64,000 bases of DNA, from positions 135,881 through 199,880 of IMG/VR virus record IMGVR_UViG_3300034683_000192; one strand, given 5' to 3'. This document shows, piece after piece, positions 57,729-64,000 of this stretch. A model generated the notes under the pieces. That model had not been told where the DNA came from, did not search any database, and worked only from the letters and a program-made list of their open reading frames with translations. How positions within the stretch are numbered: position 1 is the stretch's first letter; each line of letters starts with the position of its first letter. A program made the position numbers and the translations under genes. The DNA comes from a virus.

Positions 57729-58454
57729 ATGCCCGGAATCCAACTTCCTACTACTCGTGTACTTTCTATTGATCCTGGTACAACAAACTTGGGATGGGCG
57801 ATAGGTGAGTACACATTCCAACCGACTAATTACAACGTACTTGCGTACGATGTATTACAAGCAACAAAAGCGGCAAAGAAACAAAAAGAAGATGTTCTAT
57901 TTCACGGACAGAGACTCATAGCGCTCGATATCGTGGAACAAGAAATCATCAAACTAATAAAGAAATTTCAGCCACGGTATGTCGTGACTGAGGATACTTA
58001 TTTTAATTCTCGTACGCCTCAGGCGTATGCTGCACTTCTTCTCTGCATACACGTAATCCATCGTACTCTTCTTGGATTGTACCGTAGAGATGAGCTTAAA
58101 TATGAATCAGCTGGTCGACTCTACAAGCTTGCACCATCGACGATCAAACTGATCGCGACAAACAAGAGTACGAGCGATAAAAACATGATCATGACTTCTC
58201 TTCTTGAGAATCCTGAAGTGACATTTTCCGATCGTCCAGTACTCAAAGAAGAGTATCTTTTGAGTGGTGGTATTCTTCTCAGTGAACATGCTGCAGATGC
58301 GATCTGCGCTGGATACAGCTTTGCAAAGACGGAGATGGAACAAATCCTGATCAATGACTTGGAAACTGAAAGAAACAAATCAGTTGAACAGGTTGTCACG
58401 GATACGTCTCTTGTACAAGCAATGCTCGAGACAAAAAAGAAAAGAAAGTCTTAG
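57729..58454 (+). CDS. ruvC: RuvC-like Holliday junction resolvase
   Basis: LSIDPGTTNLGW, VVTED, SEHAADA. Confidence 0.88.
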   Translation: MPGIQLPTTRVLSIDPGTTNLGWAIGEYTFQPTNYNVLAYDVLQATKAAKKQKEDVLFHGQRLIALDIVEQEIIKLIKKFQPRYVVTEDTYFNSRTPQAYAALLLCIHVIHRTLLGLYRRDELKYESAGRLYKLAPSTIKLIATNKSTSDKNMIMTSLLENPEVTFSDRPVLKEEYLLSGGILLSEHAADAICAGYSFAKTEMEQILINDLETERNKSVEQVVTDTSLVQAMLETKKKRKS

Positions 58455-58465
58455 TTAGAGAAGTA

Positions 58466-58497
58466 CCAGGTGGCACCCTCATCGGGGTGCCACCTGG
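58466..58497. terminator. Bidirectional terminator between convergent genes
   Basis: ccaggtggcaccc...gggtgccacctgg. Confidence 0.75.
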
Positions 58498-58503
58498 CAT
58501 TCA

Positions 58504-59568
58504 TTACTGCAGGTTCTTCTCGGGGGAATTCGATGACGGCATGCCGCCGCCGTCGGATTCGTCGAGCTCGACCTTGATGGCGGGGATGATCACCGGCGTC
58601 TGGCCACCGGCTGCGGGTACGGAAACCGCGCTCGGCGTGGTGATGGTCTCTTCGCCGTTCAAGATCACGCGGCGCCCACGCCGTGCGCGAGGAGCGGCAG
58701 CCTGCTGAACCGCTTCTTCGGGCTTCTCGGCACCGGAAGAAACCGCAGCGGCCTGTTCTTCAGCCGCTTCGGTCGCTTGCACCTGGGGAGCATTCGGATC
58801 GGTGCCGGGTACGGAAGGCTTCGCGAAGATGTCTTCGATGTTGACGTCGGACGTGTCAACGTCAACGTCGTTGACCTGCTCCGAGCTGACGAGCTCGTCA
58901 GCGAGGCTCTCGAGAGCCTCGCTGATCTTGTTGCCGACAAAGTCGGCTTCAAGGTTGAGTTTCTTGGCCTGCGCCGAAAGCCGCTTCGTCAGCCACTTGA
59001 CTATGGCTGCGTTGCGGTTGACCGTCTGCGGCTGGCTGATCAGTTCCGCCAGTTCGGCGAGTTCCTCTTCGGGAACTTCACCCACCTTGAGATGGTTGAA
59101 GTTTTCCGACTTGACCATCGACGCATTCAGCTTGTGCGAGGATTCGGCCTCACCAGGCACCGCCATCGTCACGATGACGCAGGTCTGCGCGCAGACCTGC
59201 TCGGTGAGTACGACTTCCTGCGCGGTGATGTTGATGACCCTGCCGCGCAGCTTACTGTTCACGACGACTTTCTTGGCGACGAGGTCGAGGGACTCCTGGT
59301 ACGGGTACCAGCCATCGACGACGATGGTGTCGGCATGCACCATCAGACGGTTGCCGAACAACTCGTTGAATATCGAGTTGTTCAGATAGACGGTTTCGCC
59401 CACCTTCATGGACGTCTTTTCGCCACGGCAGTCCGTGGCGTATTCCCCGGACAGCATGACCGAGGTCCCGAGATGATCGACGTTCTTCTTCGCATCGGCT
59501 TCGCGCATCTTGGCGAAAATGCCGGTGGGGGTCTTGGACGCTTCGGGGGTGGTTACGGTGATCTTCAT
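58504..59568 (-). CDS. Highly codon-biased early protein; N-terminal beta-solenoid (bactofilin-like), acidic disordered C-terminus
   Basis: 354 aa, AAGGAG RBS; repeats VHADTIVVDG / LVAKKVVVNS / ITAQEVVLTE / VCAQTCVI. Confidence 0.8.
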   Translation of the reverse strand: MKITVTTPEASKTPTGIFAKMREADAKKNVDHLGTSVMLSGEYATDCRGEKTSMKVGETVYLNNSIFNELFGNRLMVHADTIVVDGWYPYQESLDLVAKKVVVNSKLRGRVINITAQEVVLTEQVCAQTCVIVTMAVPGEAESSHKLNASMVKSENFNHLKVGEVPEEELAELAELISQPQTVNRNAAIVKWLTKRLSAQAKKLNLEADFVGNKISEALESLADELVSSEQVNDVDVDTSDVNIEDIFAKPSVPGTDPNAPQVQATEAAEEQAAAVSSGAEKPEEAVQQAAAPRARRGRRVILNGEETITTPSAVSVPAAGGQTPVIIPAIKVELDESDGGGMPSSNSPEKNLQ

Positions 59569-59801
59569 GATAAGGCTCCTTTCGATTGATTTTGTTCATC
59601 CTGGTGGAAGACTAAAAAGAACTTGCGGCTTTGATATTTAGTTCGTAGGAGGATGCTCCACAATGGAAGCATCCTCCGATCCAAACCACAAGTTACGGGA
59701 GATCTCCCGATGAAATCTCCCGCATCCTTCCCTGAATTGACTGTACGTTTTCCCACGATGGTACTAACGTGAAGGAAGGAATTTTCTAATTCATCAAAAC
59801 T

Positions 59802-59811
59802 GTAATGTATA
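59802..59811 (-). promoter_or_regulatory. Putative early promoter TATACATTAC
   Basis: About 230 nt upstream of 59568; downstream of the terminator of the previous gene. Confidence 0.55.
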
Positions 59812-59852
59812 CGTCATTTCAGACGAATGACATTATTCTGCATAAAGCATAA

Positions 59853-59888
59853 AGATCTGAGACACCCCGAAAGGGATGTCTCAGATCT
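59853..59888. terminator. Hairpin
   Basis: agatctgagaca...tgtctcagatct. Confidence 0.7.
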
Positions 59889-59919
59889 CTGGGAATCGTG
59901 GCGTGTTATGAGCGATCTA

Positions 59920-60396
59920 TTAACCGCCCATGGCCGCCTTGATGCGGTCGCTGATGGCGGTACGATCGGCCTTCGAGAACAGACGCGAAGTACGCATGTC
60001 CAGCTTGGTACGGCCATAGGAACGAATTTCGTTCCCGGTGATGTTGTCCTTGCGCAGCTTGGTGCTGATCTGGGAAACGACCATACGGCCGTCTTCCACG
60101 TCCACCTTCATGACGGTGGTGAAGGGTGTTTCGTTCAGATCCGTGCCGGCTTTCTTGGCATCGGCGATGCGCGATTCGGTCGCACGGGTAACGACTTCGA
60201 CGGCGCCCTTGGCGAGCAGGTCGTTGGCGTTGTGCATCTGTTCGAGGGCCTTCATCGGGATGCCGGCCTGACCGAAGAATGCGCGAGTATCGGCACGCTT
60301 CAGGGTCATGACGCCCTTGTCATTGACGGAGGCACGTTCCTGGATGAACTTGATGGCATCTTCGATGTTCGCGATGGTCCCGGTAACTTCAGACAT
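59920..60396 (-). CDS. Small, highly codon-biased early protein, possible nucleoid/DNA-binding protein
   Basis: 158 aa from ATG 60396 with GGAGG RBS; basic C-terminus with RKDNITGNEI. Confidence 0.8.
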   Translation of the reverse strand: MSEVTGTIANIEDAIKFIQERASVNDKGVMTLKRADTRAFFGQAGIPMKALEQMHNANDLLAKGAVEVVTRATESRIADAKKAGTDLNETPFTTVMKVDVEDGRMVVSQISTKLRKDNITGNEIRSYGRTKLDMRTSRLFSKADRTAISDRIKAAMGG

Positions 60397-60520
60397 GTGA
60401 TTCCTCCACAAGCGCTTGTGAATTTTGGTTAAGGGTTGATGGATGTACACACGAATATTTTGGAAGTTGTGCACAGTATTCGTGTGTATGTGTTTTAAAT
60501 TACATGCATAATTCAAAAAA

Positions 60521-60530
60521 GTAATATATA
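60521..60530 (-). promoter_or_regulatory. Putative early promoter TATATATTAC
   Basis: About 125 nt upstream of 60396. Confidence 0.65.
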
Positions 60531-60549
60531 ATTCACAATTCAATGGATC

Positions 60550-60581
60550 CTGAGTAGGAGGGGAATTCCCCTCCTACTCAG
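60550..60581. terminator. Hairpin
   Basis: ctgagtaggagggga...tcccctcctactcag. Confidence 0.7.
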
Positions 60582-60589
60582 AATTATAT

Positions 60590-61498
60590 CTACCATCGAA
60601 GAATTCCTTTTGATTGCATTCTGTAGAAGTCCTGTACGTTATCCTGACAGTCTCGAAAGAAACACATCATTGGGTAGAACATCGAGTCATTCATGTAGGG
60701 CATGGGGTCTTCCCCACGAGTACCTATTTCAGATACCCAATCGAGAAAACTTTCTACCGAATCAAATGAATCAATTCGTTGTTCATCCATGTATGGAGGA
60801 GTTCCATCGAAATATGTCGAATATGTCGAGTAGTTGATATTGATGGATTTCAAATAGACTGAGAGAGGAATCTTTCCCCGAGACGCTTGTATCGTCTCGA
60901 CAAAATCTGCTGCGATGTTTTCATGAACTCCAAGACTAGTAAGAGTCGATTGGTTGATGGTGTAAAGTCCAGGTACACTCTTAAGTATTCCGTATCCGAT
61001 AAGCGCACGGACGATTACGATCACGTCGGTACACTCAAATATTTCCGGAATAGCAGCATCGAGATACTTATCGATTGATACGTACAACTGAGCAGAACAT
61101 CTTGCATTCAGACAGTGTACACCGAACTCGTCGATCACTGGAACTGAATCACAGCATGGGCATCTGTCTGGGGTTGTGTCAAGTGGTATTGCATGGTGGA
61201 TCCGATTGTCAGTCGCACCATGTCTACGAAAGATCCAGTATTCTTCGTATTGTGTATCGCACTCGATAAGGTATACTTGAAAGATATCTCCAGTACTCAT
61301 CTCTCTGACATTTGCAAATTGGACAATTGGTTTGTCTCTCCGATCAAATCGAACCTGACGATAGTAAGGATCGAACACTTGAATCCTGATTGAGATATTT
61401 CCATTCTGGTCAGTAACATATCCGACGTCATGAACGGAGATATCTCCAACAAGAGCTTCTTCGTGAAGATCCTTGTCGATAGTTTCAACGTATTGCAT
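60590..61498 (-). CDS. NAD-dependent DNA ligase-like fragment (OB fold, C4 Zn finger, HhH); no adenylation domain
   Basis: PDRCPCCDS...HCLNARCSAQL...IRALIGYGILKSVPGLYTI...SLGVHENIAADFVETIQASR...LSVYLKSINI parallels the LigA C-terminal region. Confidence 0.7.
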   Translation of the reverse strand: MQYVETIDKDLHEEALVGDISVHDVGYVTDQNGNISIRIQVFDPYYRQVRFDRRDKPIVQFANVREMSTGDIFQVYLIECDTQYEEYWIFRRHGATDNRIHHAIPLDTTPDRCPCCDSVPVIDEFGVHCLNARCSAQLYVSIDKYLDAAIPEIFECTDVIVIVRALIGYGILKSVPGLYTINQSTLTSLGVHENIAADFVETIQASRGKIPLSVYLKSININYSTYSTYFDGTPPYMDEQRIDSFDSVESFLDWVSEIGTRGEDPMPYMNDSMFYPMMCFFRDCQDNVQDFYRMQSKGILRW

Positions 61499-61589
61499 TG
61501 ATGATGCCTCTTGATTTGCGAATGCCCCTCGTATACCATTCGTGAAATCTATAAAAAACTACAAATACTTAGTTTTATAAAAGTACAAC

Positions 61590-61617
61590 CAGGAAGGATG
61601 CCGAAGCATCCCTCCTG
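61590..61617. terminator. Hairpin
   Basis: caggaaggatgc cgaa gcatccctcctg. Confidence 0.65.
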
Positions 61618-61632
61618 ATTGATCTTTTTCGA

Positions 61633-62574
61633 TTACTTGAGCAGATTTTCGATCTCAGCATACGCTGTTTGTGCGTACGCTTCAATATCTTCTTTCGCCT
61701 GAAGCTTGTCTTCGAAGTTACGACGAGTCTGCTCGATCTCAAAGAATCTTGCAAGAATGTCGAACTTCTTTCGCATGATCGTTCGGTAGTCGTCGGTGAA
61801 CGAAATGAGATTGGTGTTGTTTTCCCAGTAATCGCAGCTGAGAATGAACTCCAACTGTGGCAACATGTATGCGCCATCAATATGAATCACATACTGAAGT
61901 CCGTACGATTCGAGTTTGTCCGCGATCAGACGATCGATACGGAAATGCAGTTGAGAATACACCGACTGGATGATTGTATCCAGTCCTCTGATGTCTACCC
62001 ACTCACCAAGTTCCGTATCATACCGAAGTGCGTCCTGAAGCAGGAGATCCTCGTTCGGCTGAGGAAATGCCGCCCATTCGGCTTCAGTCAGAAAAATCAC
62101 ACACCGGTCGCAGTAGCTACCTGGATCGAGAATGAGTGAACCATCGTCAGTGATGATTGCCGCGACTTTTTCCCATGTATCCGAGTCGGTATTGTATTTG
62201 GATACCGGAAGATCCGGTTTCTTCAGTACAGGAACAAATTGCTTTGTTCTTGCATCTGCGATAGAAAACTCACCAGAATACACATTGTATCTGTTGGGAT
62301 CATAGGTAGAAAATTCGATACCTACGAGTTCAGGGAGAATCTGCACGAATGCCTTCATGGTGTCATATTGGACATCGGACATCCGTTTGTCCCATTTGTC
62401 ACCATAGACACACTGTTCTCGATCGCGTTCGAACTGTATTGTCTTTCCGGGATGGAACGGAAGATCATTCACATCAAAACCAGACAGTACACATGTACCG
62501 AGTCCAGTGATGACGAGATGTGCATTTCCGCCAACTTCAAACTTGAACGCAACGACTGCTTCTTCGATTTTCAT
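61633..62574 (-). CDS. Tail fibre assembly-like protein, paralog of 26735..27697
   Basis: AIITDDG..I.PG...C...TE.E...YD....WVDIR.L shared with 26735. Confidence 0.65.
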   Translation of the reverse strand: MKIEEAVVAFKFEVGGNAHLVITGLGTCVLSGFDVNDLPFHPGKTIQFERDREQCVYGDKWDKRMSDVQYDTMKAFVQILPELVGIEFSTYDPNRYNVYSGEFSIADARTKQFVPVLKKPDLPVSKYNTDSDTWEKVAAIITDDGSLILDPGSYCDRCVIFLTEAEWAAFPQPNEDLLLQDALRYDTELGEWVDIRGLDTIIQSVYSQLHFRIDRLIADKLESYGLQYVIHIDGAYMLPQLEFILSCDYWENNTNLISFTDDYRTIMRKKFDILARFFEIEQTRRNFEDKLQAKEDIEAYAQTAYAEIENLLK

Positions 62575-62582
62575 GTGAACCT

Positions 62583-62957
62583 CTAGTTATCGATATGCTC
62601 GATGTACACGTCTCCGACTTCACCCTGTGACTCTGATGGAGGAGTAGCGAATGTCGTCTTCCCGTACACGGTTTGAATCATCTTCACTTCGTGTGGATTG
62701 TCTCTACGTTGTTCGTGTACACCAAACGAATCAGCGAGAGCATCAATTCGATCGGAAAGTTCCTGACGAAGTGCGTCAATTCGCGCATTGAGCGCTGCGA
62801 CATTTTGCGTAAGTCTCGCATCGAGATCATCGATGAGTGCCTTCAGCCATGCCACATCTTTCTTCCAGAGATCCCTCAGGTTCACGATATATGGGTGTAT
62901 CGTGTTCTTGACGAATGTCTGAACGTTCTTGTACTGGATAGCCATTGACTCCTCCAT
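62583..62957 (-). CDS. Mini fibre-like protein (coiled coil + NPHEV + PSxxxGxxGDVYI tail)
   Basis: 124 aa (start may be MAIQY); HEQRRDNPHEV; TPPSESQGEVGDVYIEH. Confidence 0.65.
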   Translation of the reverse strand: MEESMAIQYKNVQTFVKNTIHPYIVNLRDLWKKDVAWLKALIDDLDARLTQNVAALNARIDALRQELSDRIDALADSFGVHEQRRDNPHEVKMIQTVYGKTTFATPPSESQGEVGDVYIEHIDN

Positions 62958-63054
62958 TTGAATAGAGTAGTATTGTTATTTTTGAGAACACATAGAATTA
63001 GCGCATCAATTAGTACACAATACTGGAATTTTATACATTAGCTGGAGGATTTAC

Positions 63055-64000
63055 ATGCGCATCATTTCTTCTCTTTTCCACAAATTCATTCCATTTAAAT
63101 TTGCAGACATTACTACTCTGAGTATGGAGATTACTTCTCCGATTCAAATATTCATAGGTGACAATGGAAGTGGAAAAAGTTCTCTCTTGAATGAACTTCA
63201 TCCATTTGCGGCAATCAAACCAATGTATGAGAAAAATGGAGAAAAACGAATAGTACTCGATCATAAAGGATCGATATATACGTTATCTTCTGATTTTGGA
63301 AAAAGTGGACATGCGCACTCATTCATCAGAGATGACGAAGAACTGAATACTAGTGGGACGTCTGGTGTCCAAAATGAACTAGTCGAACATTACCTTGGGT
63401 ATACTTCACTGGTTCACGGTATAACACACATGAACTACAAGATGTGTCAGATGGGTAAAGCAGAAAGAAAGCAGCTACTCATCAATATCAATCCTGTAGA
63501 TCTTTCTCTTGTACTTGAGAAGTTCAAACTTATTCTTTCGAAGATCAAAGAATGTAAAAACAACATTACCTTACTCTACAAGAAATCACAAGAAATTCAA
63601 ACCAGTCTTCTTCCTGACAGTGTGAGAGAAGATCTGGAGAATCGTAGAAAACAACAATCCGAACAATTGACTACATTGACAAGTGAATTGTTCCACCTAA
63701 ATGCACTCAAAGAAGACATTCAGAGAAATCTCTCCGAATTGGTCGAACCAGTATATCAACGATCTATCGAATTAGAAGATATCCCCAGATTCTGCAAAAC
63801 AAAACTGATCAAATACATCGTCGATCTTAAAGATGTAGATCGGTCAAAATCAGAGAAAGAACATCAAGAAGAATGTACAAAACTCAGAGTGGAAGTAGAC
63901 CACAAAGAAAACATTCTGAGTGAAAAACATCGTACACTCGGAAATATTCAAAATGATATCGAGATCTATACAAAACACATGGAAGAACTGGATTCGTCTG
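63055..64000 (+). CDS. sbcC: SbcC/Rad50-like ATPase, partial (phiKZ gp165-like)
   Basis: ATG 63055 with GGAGG RBS; Walker A IGDNGSGKSSLL; followed by coiled coil; open to the window end. Confidence 0.88.
   Translation, partial: MRIISSLFHKFIPFKFADITTLSMEITSPIQIFIGDNGSGKSSLLNELHPFAAIKPMYEKNGEKRIVLDHKGSIYTLSSDFGKSGHAHSFIRDDEELNTSGTSGVQNELVEHYLGYTSLVHGITHMNYKMCQMGKAERKQLLININPVDLSLVLEKFKLILSKIKECKNNITLLYKKSQEIQTSLLPDSVREDLENRRKQQSEQLTTLTSELFHLNALKEDIQRNLSELVEPVYQRSIELEDIPRFCKTKLIKYIVDLKDVDRSKSEKEHQEECTKLRVEVDHKENILSEKHRTLGNIQNDIEIYTKHMEELDSS

Noticed and set aside
59565-59756. 63-aa ORF in the leader of the bactofilin-like gene
   Set aside because: GTG start without RBS and no codon bias; treated as non-coding leader, though a leader peptide cannot be excluded
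58777-60432. Antisense ORFs 58777..59589 and 59827..60432
   Set aside because: Shadows of the biased 58504 and 59920 genes
1-64000. CRISPR array, tRNA genes, integrase/transposase, stop-codon recoding
   Set aside because: No regularly spaced direct repeats or cloverleaf/T-loop signatures in intergenic DNA; no recombinase motifs; core genes are full length in the standard code and end at TAA, TAG or TGA

Overview
A 64-kb segment of a phiKZ-like nucleus-forming jumbo phage (Chimalliviridae-type), read with the standard genetic code. It opens with the nucleus/transcription core block on the minus strand: a chimallin candidate, the non-virion RNAP beta' subunit (NADFDGD), an SbcD nuclease, and ChmC-, gp68 sigma-like and PicA/Imp1-like genes. 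After that come neck/baseplate genes, an accessory tail-adhesin cassette, RecA/UvsX, dCMP deaminase, a family of mosaic tail-fibre genes, DnaB, major capsid protein, the exonuclease/motif-A half of a split family B DNA polymerase, RuvC and the start of SbcC. phiKZ gene equivalences rest on motifs, size and synteny recalled from the literature, not on a database search. Most notable observations: (1) a eukaryote-like ADAMTS-type thrombospondin-1 domain in a stand-alone tail-tip gene; (2) three uncharacterised genes sharing chimallin's strong G/C-ending codon bias and a TATATTAC-type early promoter, one bactofilin-like and one with an HU-like arm; (3) an NAD-ligase-like gene with no recognisable catalytic domain; (4) an Arg/Asp repeat inserted in chimallin. 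No tRNA, CRISPR array, integrase or reverse transcriptase was seen.
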